DNA from: the human T2T-CHM13v2.0 reference genome, Homo sapiens
Assembly: GCF_009914755.1 (NCBI RefSeq)
Contig: NC_060936.1
Length of the DNA: 64,000 nucleotides
Strand: one strand, 5' to 3'
Positions 27,541 to 41,360 of this stretch are shown piece by piece. A program made the translations under genes and the position numbers. The notes below the pieces were generated by a model. That model saw nothing but the letters and a program-made list of their open reading frames with translations. It ran no database searches and was not told the origin of the DNA. The number at the start of each line of letters is the position of its first letter. The first letter of the stretch is position 1.

Positions 27541-27770
27541 GCAAGACAATTTTATTACTTGTAACAAGTAAGGAGAACACAAGAGATAGTTCCCAAAGCA
27601 GTGTCTGTCTGAGCAAAGGGCTGGGTCAGGTTTTATAAGCATAGGGTAATGAGGCATGATCTGACTGGATCTTGCAATGAGGTGATGCCAGAAGCATGAT
27701 CTGACTGGATCCTGCCATGGGGTGATGCCAGAGCTCAAACTGATTGGATCCTGGATCCTGCCATGTGAAT
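27541..27770 (-). mobile_element. ERV LTR fragment (family uncertain), continuing for ~22 nt at 29970-29992
   Basis: Minus strand has CCAAT, TATA-like cttataaaa and AATAAA (27551-27556); ~40-bp internal tandem units at 27654-27751; resumes after the PCNP insert as ccacttcttaattcagtcc. Confidence 0.65.
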
Positions 27771-27775
27771 CCACC

Positions 27776-29968
27776 TTTTTTTTTTTTTTTGAGTTTGAGT
27801 TTGAATTTGACAAATTTATTGGTATTTTGGTAAAGACATTCATCTCAGTCGTTTCTCTCTCCCAGCTTGACCTTAGGTTAATATTTCATTTGGGTCAAGA
27901 AAAGAATATGTAGGAGAGCTATGTTGCTTTAACAAGAAAATGGACAAAAATGGATAGTTTGCCTCATTAAAGTAAGTTAAATTCATGCATCTTGATATAA
28001 TGAAATCATATAAGAACTAAGAGTTCTATATATATTTCCATTGTTTTACTAGGGGCCTATTCTAAACTTAAATGCTAGTGAACAAAGTGTTAGGAATATA
28101 CACAGGCTGCTTCTCTAGAGTTATTACCGATTAAAAGAGCTCAGCAAGCAGTTACCACCAATAAAACAGTCTGAAGCTGCCTCCAAATACAATACTGTAG
28201 GAGTTTTCAAGGAAATTTTTATACTGTATGTTTCTTTTGTCTGTGACAATGCTTTTAAAGATGTGCTTGTTACTTTTTTTTTAAAGTTCATATACAATAC
28301 AAAAATACAAAAACAAACACCCTACAATACACAAATCTAACAAGGTATATGTGGTAAGATTCCAAAAAATGTTTGAAGATGCATTTCCTTTCCTTCTATT
28401 TCAGTATCTAAAATGTGCTTTTTGAGAGGCCATTGGTCAATATGTATACATTTAAAATAAACCATATAATTTTACTAGTAAGAAAGCCAGTAGTTAAGTT
28501 CAATTCAAATTGGATTTCATATTAAATCCTTAGACAAAGTTACAGAAAGTGCATCTTCTTGTTTTCCATCTTCATACAATGTTAAATTTTTTTTTGGTGT
28601 TTATACCTTGTAAAAAATAAAAACAGCCAAATACTTAAGCAATATGTACATTTAAATTTTTGGTGGTGGCTTGTATTTTAAAAAACCGCCTCCTTATGAT
28701 TTGTGTCAAGTTCTGGTGAAAATGCTTACAGGAACTAGCTAATAAACAAAAAACAAGAGAAGCAAATTGAAAATACTGATTTACTTTTGTAGCAAATGGT
28801 TTTTCTTTGAGGACTAATGAAGATAGACAAGACCCATTAAGGTGAAGTGGGCTATTTCAAATATTCAACAGTTTACATTTTTAAAAAATTCTTTTAAGAG
28901 CTACACGTCTGTATCCACTGACAGCAATGCAATACCTAATTTATGATGATTTGAAACAAAACAAATGCCTATAAGGAAAAAAAGCTATATTTTAATTTTA
29001 TCTAAATTTACTTTCAGTCAATAGTTCAGTAGCATTTTCCTCCCAATACAATACTCCTCTCTATAAGGCTGTTCCTGGGAGCCAGACAAGTTTAGGTAAT
29101 AAGGGAGTTAAGAGAGTAAGTGCTTGCAGTTTTAAACAAACAATAACTTTTTGTTTCCCTCTTAATGTGCTAATAGTTGTGTCTAAAAAAAATGCAATTC
29201 TTAAAAAGATACCATTTCTGATTTATTTATTATCTGTAACCTTTGGAAACTAATCACATGAAACTACAAAATTAGCAAATGTCTTGAAATCTGTAGACAA
29301 AACATAAATTACCTCTAATTTCAAACTCTCATTTATTAGTGTACCACTCAATCTTTTAAAAAAATGAAAAAGAAAAAAAAAGCGGCTCCAAAGATAGTCT
29401 TATACCATTCTTTAAAAAGAGAAACTGTTCCTTTTAACTTTACACCCATCCCACACCCCAATTTCAAAACATCATTTAATTGTCTTGGTCATGGACATTT
29501 CCAAGATGAGATTTTATATTTTGCCCCCATAGTTTCTGGTTATCAGAAAACCCATGCTTTCCTTTATTGAAGGAGTTCGGTCCAGCTGATGTTGGTGTAT
29601 CCATCTTCATCTTCATTAAGAGCTGCTGCTACTGAAAATTTTTGGAGCCAAGAGTTGGAACAGTTTCTTTAGGCTTACTTGATCCAACTTTGATGGATAT
29701 GGCTGACGCTTTCTTTGTCGTCTACCTAACGCAAATCCAAAGTTGGAGATCTTTGTAGGCTTTGTTGGGAGGTCTGCAGCTTCTTCACTGATCGCTTCTC
29801 AGAGCTGCGACTGGAACTTTCCCCTCCATTACTGGAAGAAACAGTTTTAGCTTTCACAGGTTTTTCTGCTTCTTCCTCAGGTCCTCCGGTAGCTCCAGCT
29901 CGCTGCGACTTTTCAGGCTGCTTCTCTCCCCTCTTCTCGGCCGCCATTTTCCCCACCACGGCCTCCCT
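27776..29968 (-). pseudogene. PCNP: Processed pseudogene of PCNP (PEST proteolytic signal-containing nuclear protein)
   Basis: Translation [36 protein letters not shown]...[13 protein letters not shown]...[11 protein letters not shown] matches PCNP as I recall it. ATG at 29947, stop at 29476; intronless; frameshifting 4-, 4- and 1-nt deletions plus a 56-nt gap; long 3'UTR, AATAAA (~27815-27820), poly(A) 27776-27790; degenerate TSD. Which PCNPP locus it is needs BLAT. Confidence 0.95.
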
Positions 29969-29992
29969 GGTATCCACTTCTTAATTCAGTCC

Positions 29993-30030
29993 AATAATAA
30001 AAAAAAGAAAGAAAGAAAGAAAGAAAAAAA
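29993..30030 (+). repeat. A-rich/(GAAA)n tract
   Basis: aataataaaaaaaagaaagaaagaaagaaagaaaaaaa. Confidence 0.85.
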
Positions 30031-30560
30031 CCTACAAAACAATTTCAAAATGAGGATCTTATATTCCACTAAATGATATTTACTAAAAGTTTAAAATACA
30101 GACATTTTCAATTTATAGAAAGACACAGAGTTTAACTCCCAAGTACCTTTATTGAACAACATCAGTAGAAAAGAAGGTGTTTATTACTTGGTGTTTAACA
30201 GAAAATACATTTATTATATGTTTAAAATTTCACATAGATGAAATATTTCTATAGCTTTCTCCTTTGTTTTTATAAACTTCTTATAAAACATATCTTTCTT
30301 TCAAAATAAACAGGATAACTTTATGTATTTATATGTTTCAGAAAAATATATAAAATGTGGGAAATAAGTGGCATTCAATATATGTTATTACATGGATATA
30401 TGAGTAAAACAAAATGGTACTCTACTATATTATATACAAATAATGCATTTTGCTTTTTTTGAAAAATAAAGGATTATGATCTTGGAAATCTTTTTCCATA
30501 AGTAAATAGAGAAATACACCATTTATTTTAGATGTCCATGATGATTGAATTCATAGATAT

Positions 30561-30645
30561 ATAGTAGTTGCCTTTCTGCAGTTTTAGTTACCCACGGTCA
30601 ACCACAGTCTGAAAATATTAAATGGACAATTTCAGGAAAAAAAAA
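30561..30645 (+). mobile_element. MER44 (Tigger-derived) fragment
   Basis: ttttagttacccacggtcaaccacagtctgaaaatattaaatgg. Confidence 0.75.
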
Positions 30646-31656
30646 ATCAGTCCACTAGCCTCCCTCTATGCACTTAGGTTTTGCCTGTGGTTGCATACCT
30701 GGTTCATCTGGGCCATACTCAGGTCATGTGACCTTTAACCTGGCCAAGCTCATCTCTTCAGCAGCCGCACAGCATAGTGAGCTAACCAACTGCGGTCAGC
30801 GTTTAATTGGGGATGAAGCTTGATCTTATAGAGGTGCTCTGCTTTTAGAACATCTCTAAGGCGCCTTTTCCTGGCTCCCTTTCAGGAACACGCATGCTCG
30901 CAGAAGCCATTACAATCCCGTCGTGCAGCAGCCTGTGCTATTGACCAGCCTAGAAGTCATTTTTCGACTCAAGGGGAGAAGGGTGGGTTTCTGCTCTTTC
31001 CTTGCACCATCTGAAGGACACGGCAGAAGATAAAGGAAAATGGCCATGAGATGCTCCAGCGGAGCTGGGTCCAAGGCCTGGCGCTCACCAAAGATTGCAC
31101 TACTCTCAGCATGGTACAGGAAGACAACTGATGGGACAATGCAAGCTGGGACAATCTCCAACCCAAAGGGTATCTCAGAAAACAGCACTAGGTGAGACCA
31201 CAGCACAACCCCAGTCAACCTTTAAATCAGAAAAGGAGCTGGAGGATGCAATTCATTGATGTATAGAAAGTTTTAAAAAGTAAAAACTGAAATACAGAAA
31301 ACAAAGTTTGCAATGTGTAAGAAATAAAGGACTGAAATTTGTACCTACAACTCAGCCCAGTAGTGGAATCCTGTTTGACAACGAGGTTTTCTTTGCCTCA
31401 GGGAAGCATAGGGAAGCTATGGGGGAAGCAAGAGGAGCTCTAGAATGTGTTTTGTGACTGTCCCCTTTCCTTAATTTTGGTTCTGTGCGGAAACAAACAC
31501 AGACTAAGTCTATGTATAGCCATATCCGCTATTCACTTGTAAATGTTCCAAATAATTCAGGTAGCCTCTCAGAAGACACTCCAGCATCACTTAGCTGGAT
31601 ATTTCAGGGCAACTCATGTCATGTTTGGAAATATCCAGATAATATTCTAGTTGTCA

Positions 31657-32019
<363 letters not shown>

Positions 32020-33993
32020 TCAAATTAGAATCTCTGTATATACAGTATTTATCTAAACATTCTCATATATGTAAAATTCCAGGGATATTGACATCATACA
32101 GAACAAGCATACTTTGCAAAACCAGCATGCTTCTTCTATTTAAAGCAATATCCCCTGGGTGTGACCTGAGCTTGTAAAACAAGTTCATTATATTTCCTTT
32201 CTGGAGACAACATGTCAAACCTTAAATATGGCTACTAATCAGAAGTTTAATTAAAAAACTTCAGCCGTACGATGAAGGAAGTTATATTCACCAGGGTTGA
32301 GAATAAATGGTAATGTTTTCAAAGTCTGAGAAAAACCTATATTACTTGCCTTACTCATCTACTTTGCTTACTACAAGCCCCTTTTATCTTATTTTCATAT
32401 TATTTAATTTTCTCCCTGCCTGAAAGTAGCTTTAGTCTGTCTGAAAAAATATTATAATCCAAAAAATGGCAAGGAGAATTCAACAACAACAAAAATAATC
32501 AAAGCCATTCATGGTTCATGTGCCCAGATGAAGTTGTATTTATGGAACAGTCTTTTTTTCTAGAAGTCCAATGTGTAAATTAAGTTGCACCAAGGCAAGT
32601 CAAATTATTCCCTGGCCGTTTGTAGTATGCAATGTTTTATGTGACTTTTTACCCTCTTATTCAATGAAACAATACGTACTTGTATAGCAGCCAGACGAAG
32701 CAGTGAGTCACAGTCATCTAAGAGATGCCAAGTACTGTACCTCCTTGAGGAAACACACTCACCATGTGTAATGAGGACTCTCTGGATTTCCTGAAGTGAT
32801 TCAACATAAATTGAATTCAACATTGAACTGAATAACCATAGATGTTGACAATCACAAGATCGGATGTACTAGAGTACCACTTGTCTTTGTGTAACTCCCA
32901 CTCATTTATTACCAGTTAAGAGATGCACCCCTATTAGTTGGAGTGGAACACTGTCACTCAAGCAAAGAGATTACAGAATGTAGCCAGTTCCTTGTGGATA
33001 TAAAATAATCAAGACTTTTTGAGGAAATGGTTGTCAGCTTTGGTTTTATGCTAGAGACCTCCCATTGATCTCTTTTCTCAAATTATTCAGCTTTTAGCTC
33101 AAGAGGGATGCTAAGCCAGGCTGGCCACCCAGGTATTTGATAATATAAGTCCTGGTGTCTATACGAAAAGGAGCTTATAAAAATCCACAGCATGCTAGAT
33201 GTCATACCTACAGAAATTATTGCTTTTAAACTCAGGCAGAATAGGATAGATTTGATATGATTGGCATTAGGGAGCCAATGTGGGCTTTTGAGTGAGGAAG
33301 TAAAGATTTGATTGAAAAATCACGTTGACTCCTAAATTGTATAAACACTAATGCTTAGGGAAATTCAACTTCTTTGTCCTTTGGAGACAGTAACCAGAAA
33401 CAGAGATTTGGGGGATATAGGAGTAAAATGATAAGAACAGGAGTGGGGGTCAGGGAGAAAGATACAGTTGCCAAAGCTGTAGTGGACACGACCACTGGAT
33501 GGCAAAAAGGGCTTTACATATAGCTTGAACCAAGTTCTTTGAAGAATAAGGCCATTTGGACTTAGGCAAAAGACCAATAATCACCAGAGGACTTGGATTT
33601 ATTATCCAAACATCTAGGTCCTTTAATCACAAAGTGTTTGGAAGGTTGAAATTTCAACCTAAATTACAAAAGCATCACAGCAAGGTTCCACCTGAACTAA
33701 AAGTTGGGGAATCAACTAAATCCCGAAGAAGAAAGGCTAGAATGTGCCTCTTGAGTGGCAGGCCACTTCCAAACTGCCCATTTGATAGGTTCAAATGGAA
33801 AGCCTCTCTCAAAACTCCAATTCCGAGATGACACCTAATTTACTTTTTAACTTTTATTCTTTGCCTAGAATGAATAAGAAATATGAGTGTTCTTTCATTG
33901 TAATGATGAATATGATTCCTTGTATTTACAAGATTCCTGTTCTGTAATAATTTTAATGATGTGCATATAAGAACCCCCATGAATGCTCTAGCA

Positions 33994-34194
33994 CAGTGAT
34001 TCTCAAAGTGTGGTCCCTAGACCATCAGCAAGGTCTTTGGAAACTTGTTAGAATGCAGTCTCAAGCCCCACCCCAGACTTACTGAATCAAAAACTTTGAG
34101 AGAAGAGTTCAACAGGCTGTATGTACTTAACAAGCCCTCCAGGTAGGCTCAAGTTTGGTACCTTCTGAGGTAGGCTCAAGGTTGAGAGCCTCTG
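33994..34194. mobile_element. MER5A (hAT-Charlie)
   Basis: cagtgattctcaaagtgtggtccctagacc...cagacttactgaatca...ttgagagcctctg. Confidence 0.85.
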
Positions 34195-34729
34195 CTTTTA
34201 AATCACAGTAAGAGCTATTCAAAATCATTAAGGTCATTAGCTGTGACTTGAGCTCCAAGGTATAGAAAAAAAATCAAGCCAGTGGGAAATTGTTCAATAA
34301 CTTTCAAAATTTTCAAAGCATAGGTGTCAAAGCCCTATCTCGTAAATTTCTTTTACTGAATTGATTTATGTTGTTTATCTGGAGGGGCATAAATTGGTAT
34401 TTTTATTACTACTGGCTCCCTTATAAAGCAACTGATAGGCCATATAAGTTTTTTAATATTATAATTTTTGTTAATGTTATAGGCCTTTTAATTTTGAATC
34501 CCTACCTTCCTTGTGAAGGCCTCTGAAATGGCCCTTCCCTAAATCAGTAGTTGTGGGCAGGGGAATGGAATTGTTTCGCCAATGTGAGAACTCATTCCAA
34601 CCTCCCTAGGTGAGAGGATGAAATTGCACCCCACTTCCCCATCATATAAATTAGAAAAGATATGGGTCTTCTTCCCAAAGTTTGTTTAGCAACCAACACA
34701 TGTCCCTTATAAGGAAGGTGATTCCTCTA

Positions 34730-35425
<696 letters not shown>

Positions 35426-35591
35426 TCAAGAAATCAGAAACAGGGTTTTGGTACCATCTATTGAAGAACTTGGGCAAGTTTTAAGTCTCTGAGCTTTTCC
35501 TTACTTACATGTAACAGAAGAGATTGGTCTAGATCTATTCAAGAAACATGTATTCTAGAACTGATAGAGGCCTCAGAGATCAGTCTGTTCA

Positions 35592-35912
<321 letters not shown>

Positions 35913-36384
35913 GAGAGAGAGAGGAGGAAGAAGAAGAAAAAAATGAGAAAATTGCAGAGAGTCATTTGGTCAATATCATAGAGCCTGTAGGTAGTTGTAG
36001 TTGTGCAAGCTCAAACATACCTGCCCTGACTCCGATTCCAGAGCCCTTTTCACAATAGCACTTAACTGTACTTTCTGAAGATGCATTTAGTTAATCATTG
36101 TTATCTTTATATACTAACATACTAGGATGGTCTTGGTTGCAAGTAATTCAAATAATTTTTAAATTAGAGGTTTATTGTTCACATATCAAGATGTCCAGAG
36201 AAAGGTTGATTCCACTGTTGGTGGGCCCAGAGATCTACAGCATATTAAAACCTAGATTCTTTCCTGCCGTTCTCAGCATGTCGACTTTGGTGCCAGGTTC
36301 TTTTCCTTATGGTCATAAGATAGTAACAACAACTCACACAAGTCCAAAAGCCAGATGGGGAAAAAGTCTTCTTATCAATTATAT

Positions 36385-36652
36385 GTAATGTGGTATACCG
36401 GATAGCATCCTGGACAAGAAAAAGGATATTAGGGGAAAACTGAGGAATGCTGAAAAAAGTATGGACTTTAAGTAATAATAATGCATATGTTTTGTTTAAT
36501 TAATTGGGACAAATGTATGGCACTATTGTAAGATTTTAACAATAGGGGAAATGGTGTGGGGCATATGGAAACTACTTGTACTGCCTTTGCAATTTTTTCT
36601 ATAAATTTTTCTGTAAAATTATTCTAAAATTAAAAGTATATTTTAAAAAACA
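36385..36652 (+). mobile_element. L1MC/MD-type 3' end
   Basis: aatgtggtatac...atcctgga...aacaataggggaaa...ttctaaaattaaaagt. Confidence 0.8.
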
Positions 36653-37830
36653 AAATAACTGGCCTTTGCCTGAGCCTGCAATAAGCAGTTTGCTCCTTTT
36701 CTCCTTTGAAAAATATCTTTGTTCAGAAATTGCTGCTGTTAAGTGGACTGTTAAATGTCTGTTGCAGTCAAGTTGCAGACAACTTGACTAAACTGACTTT
36801 AGATAGAAGTATTTCTTGTTTCACTGGAGTCAGATAATCACTGAATCTTCAACAATCAATGGAAATTGAGTTATCATCAAAATGCTATTTCATTGTATGC
36901 TGCAATCACTTGTAGAGTATAACTGCTAATGCTATAAATGGTGACTGCATGCTACGCCTTCCCCCACTCAAAGTCATATGCACATGAACTGCAAATATTC
37001 TTGTTGTTGCACTACAGAGCCTTGCAGATAAAAGATGAATTGTAGACAGCCAAGTTACTGGCTCAGCCAGTCGCAACACAACACAAAACAGGTGACTATA
37101 AAAACCATCTCTGTTTCTCTCCAATACACCATACTCCCTCTTCCAACACACACACACATACACAATTGGGGTGGTGGTGGTTGTGAATGTCTATATAATG
37201 CTAAGATCATCATTGCAGAAACTCCTGATGTGTGTATGCAGGAGAATAATCATTGAGAATCCCCTCCACCCATGGCAAAATCAGAGCACACAACACTGAA
37301 AATCCAGGTGCCAATTCAAACTGTAAGGATATTCTGAAAAATCTCAATATTTAAATTTCTAATCAATATTAAAGACTCTGAGCAAGCCTCTAGCTCTTTG
37401 ATTAGGAAATGCTTTTAAAAGACTGTAGATATGGCCATGCAGGGTTATTTGGAGAAGTATCAACTAGTTTCTTTTCTCCTTTTTCCTTCCTAAGGATTTT
37501 GAGACCGTTTAGATAAAGTCTAATGCTTTGAAGATGGAAGTTCGAGTTGTTTTGTGAAAAGGAAGTTGTACGAGGTGCTTTTGTCAGGTTAATTAACTGT
37601 AAACTCTGAACTCTTTCTGAATCAGAGGCCAGCAGTCTCAAGACAATCATACTTTGCATGGGGTGTGCAAGAAAGCAGCAATATCTGAAAAAGCAAGAGA
37701 TGGCAAGACTTACCTTGAAATTTAATCAGGGGAAAAATCCTAATGGATTCTCCTTGTATGACACTGACATAGAGGCATGAGAATATACTTATGTCAAGGA
37801 TTGTAACTGAAAATAATTTGCAGGTGAGGA

Positions 37831-38127
37831 TTGTTTGTTTGTTTGAGACAGGGTCTCACTGTGTTGCTCAATCTGGCGTGCAGGAGTGTGATCACAGTTC
37901 ACTGTAGCTTCAACCTCCCAGGCTCTGGCGATCTTCCCCACCTCACTCTCCCAACTAGCTGGCACTACAGGCATGCGCCACCATGCCCGGCCAATTTTTG
38001 TGTTTTTTGTAGAGATGAGGTTTTGCTGTGTTGCTCGGGCTGGTCTCAAACTCTTGGGCTCAAGCTGTCTGCCCACCTTGGCCTCTCAAAGTGCTGGGAT
38101 TATAGGCGTGAGCCACTGCGCCTGGCC
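37831..38127 (-). mobile_element. Full-length AluJ
   Basis: (TTTG)n + gagacagggtctcact...gtgagccactgcgcctggcc. Confidence 0.95.
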
Positions 38128-39529
38128 TGCAAATATAATGAACTGGACTTCAAACACTAGACCTGATTCTCTAGTAAAAAGAAGTACAAATATATCCCAT
38201 CCTACAAAAATCCTAACATGTTGAATCTCTGTTTTAGGAGTTACCAATACATATTAAAGAAGGATACTTGACTAAAAACCTTTTGAAATGACTAAATAAC
38301 TAATCAGGGTGCTTGATGTTAGAAGACCCTGTTTATGAAGATTTAATCATATACAAAGGTGATAATTGTTGAAATGATGAGAAAATAAAAAGCAGATATA
38401 TCTCAGGTTTTAAAAATCATAAATTCTGTATAACTTCCGAGGAGCATAAATTGTACAGAAAAGTAGTACAGCTGGAAACGTTGAGGCCTAAGAAATCAAT
38501 CAACGAAAACAGCCTGAACAAAGCAGATGATAAGGAAGAATTGAACTTGACACAGATACATTCAACACAGAAAGGTACTGATTCAAATGGCACCTGGAGC
38601 TTACGGATGGAATCCAGAGAACCAAGGAAGAATGAAATGCCGAGTTCAAGACTAAATCGTCACTGATATGGTCTTAAAGAATCCTTTTGCTAGCAGTATA
38701 CGCTGTTTAATTGAGTGACTACGTTCTGGGAGATCCTAGCATTTCCAAAAAGCACACTGGTGTTTTGTAGTTGGTCTGTGGGGTTAATCTGATAGGTAGA
38801 AGCAGGGATGTGACTCATCGTGGATGGGCTCTATCTGAAGCAGGACATTTTGTTTACAACATTTATCATTTGCTATTGCAGTAGCAAAGACAGTTAGTGA
38901 ACACAGGCTTATCAAAAAACTAGAAGAAAAATATAACAGTGCAATTCCGGACTATTCAAGAGAACTTCTCTCAGTCTGACTGGCTGATTAACTAAAAAAT
39001 GGCTATCTATCTTTTACTCAATTTTAATGAATATTATTAAAAGAAATACCACAAATTAAAATCAACAACAGTTAAAGTGATACTCCGTAAGACTTAGAAT
39101 TATAAAATTTGTCCCTGGGATATTGAATTTATTGAAATAATTGTTCCCACTTTCCCCTCACACAACTCTTACTAGCAAAAACTGCAATCTGTGAATCATT
39201 AGGATCAGAAAACTGACTGATGAATCAAATTTTGTAAATGTTTACCCAGAGAAGAAAGAATTGATCCCAATGAAAATTTAAATAAAATTTTAAAAGGAAA
39301 AACTGGAAATTGTTAAACTGTTCAAGAAACCAATCAAGATTTAAGAAAAATTGCTTCAGAAAACATTTTTTTACAAAAATGCATTAATGTTACTGTTCCC
39401 ATTTGAAGGTTTGTTTTCATAACCTCAGCCTCAAAACACCTTCAAAGAATGTTCAGTCAAAAGAAGTCAGTATCAAATATATTCTGAAACCCCTGAATCT
39501 GGTATGTGGAATTCAATTTATGCCATTTT

Positions 39530-39880
39530 ATCTCCCGACTTTTGCATATATTGTTCTCCCTGCCTCGAATTCCTTTCTCTGTTTTGTATTCTAAGACAAC
39601 TCAAGATTTATGCTGCAAGACTCAACTTACAAAAATTGCCTACAGATTGGACCCTCCTAACCTTTGGGCAGAGTTAGATACTTTTACACTGTATGTTTTT
39701 ATAAGGCTCCTGCATGAATATTCTATCATATCACTATAATTTCTTGATTATAGGGCTGTCTCATGTACACTAGATAGGAGATTTCTCTAGGGCATGGCTC
39801 ATGTTCTAGTCCATTTGTTATGAAATCTCTGGCACATAATAGACATGTAATTAATTATTGCTGAATAACTGAGTGGACAT
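39530..39880 (+). mobile_element. L2 fragment
   Basis: ctttgcatatattgttctccctgcct...ctggcacataatagacat...tattgctgaat. Confidence 0.6.
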
Positions 39881-40934
39881 GTAAGTGAGGTCTCTATGCT
39901 ACTCACTCATTTATTTCTCTTGTCCTTTATGAACAAAATCATCAAATCTGCACCGCAACTTTAAAGATGTATTTAAGAAAAAGTTCTCTCCTATACATTC
40001 AGATTAGTACTAAACATGTATTTTGTGATGTCTCTCTATTAGCAACACCCCTTCCTTTTCACCTCCTCCCTATCTATCATCAAGAAAAGCAGTGCATTAA
40101 TGGGAATCCACTTGAGACTGGGATGGCCGGCTCAGGACCTCTTCTCTCTGGGTATTGGTGGGGGCATCCCTAGAGTGTGGGAGCACTTTCTGGGAGGTCC
40201 AGAGGTTAGGTCAACCAAGGGCTTTTTCTTTCCATCCCTTCTCAATTTGACTCTGGATTCAGCTGAATATAGTTAAAGGATTAATTGCCATCATTTTGTT
40301 CCCTAAATTAAGAGTCATTGTGGTAAGAACCAAGCATAGCAATATGGGCCAACCACAAAGAAATAAATTACTTTGTAAGTTTCAAAAGATTTTCACCAAA
40401 TTACTGCCCTGTGCAAATGATGTTGGGGGGAAAATTTTGTTTGAGAAACATTTTCTTTTGTGACTATAATAAGGTATGTGTACCCCTGCTGAGATATGAG
40501 TCACATCCCCTGTGTTAGGAAACTGTGGATAGTTTTTGTGGGTTTGGGGTTTTGTATTAAATTTTCAGTGCCTCATGTTTCCTATGACTGATGAATGGAT
40601 CATCACCTGACTCATAGGCTCTTTTGCTATGGATCACCGAAGTGCAGCTTTTAAAATTCAGTAATGTGGCACCCAGCTGCTCAGAGTTTTAATATGGAGC
40701 GAGTAACACCGGAAACATGTAACCAGTGCTTTGAAATGTACATTTCTGAAGTCACCTCTTCCCAGCTTTTTGCAGAATTATAATTAAACTGGTCTAGACT
40801 AGTTTGCAACTCCTATTTTTAGAGACCTACAGTGCCCCTTTTTTGGTCTAAGTAGGGATACAATAAACATTTGGGTTTGTTTTTTCCAGATTAAAGACAT
40901 GCCACTGACCTCAATTTCAGCATTCTAAAAGTGA

Positions 40935-41360
40935 ACATTTATTTATTTATTTATTTATTCAACAAATACTTACAGGATGTCTACCTTGTATTCCACTTAT
41001 GGAGATAGTGGTACTTATTTAGATAGCCCAGTGTGACTGAAGTTCAGATTATGGGAATTTGTAGGGAGAGTATAAGGGATAAGATTGGAAAGAGCAGTCA
41101 AGAGCTAGATCTTAAAGAACCTGTGTGCCAAGCTACAGAGTTTGGGCTTTATCCTGAGATCCAGGAGGAGCCCTGAATTGTTTCCACAGAGGGGTGAAAT
41201 GAGACCTTTTGCACCAGAGTTGAGGAGAAATTAGATGAGGGCAAAGTAAGATGTGGATGGCAGACCAGTTAGGAGCCTATCATCGTCATCCAAGAGGCAG
41301 ATGGGGTACAGCCAGAATGAAAGCAAGATCAGTGGGCATAGAGCTAGAACTAATAGGACC
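40935..41360 (-). mobile_element. L2 fragment(s)
   Basis: ttattcaacaaatactt...gagtttgggctttatcctgag...agaccagttaggag. Confidence 0.65.

Noticed and set aside
27654-27751. ~40-bp repeats as a CRISPR-like array
   Set aside because: Contiguous tandem units without unique spacers, inside an LTR in primate DNA.
27259-27843. 194-aa minus-strand ORF
   Set aside because: Runs through the pseudogene poly(A) (poly-Lys) and LTR tandem repeats; chance frame.
29726-29977. 83-aa PCNP-like ORF as a functional gene
   Set aside because: The listed start is a GTG in the target-site duplication; the frame shifts after PCNP residue 53; intronless with poly(A), so a pseudogene.
38760-39400. A-rich segment that looks like decayed coding or transposon sequence
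   Set aside because: No family or protein recognisable by eye; needs Dfam/TBLASTX before any claim.
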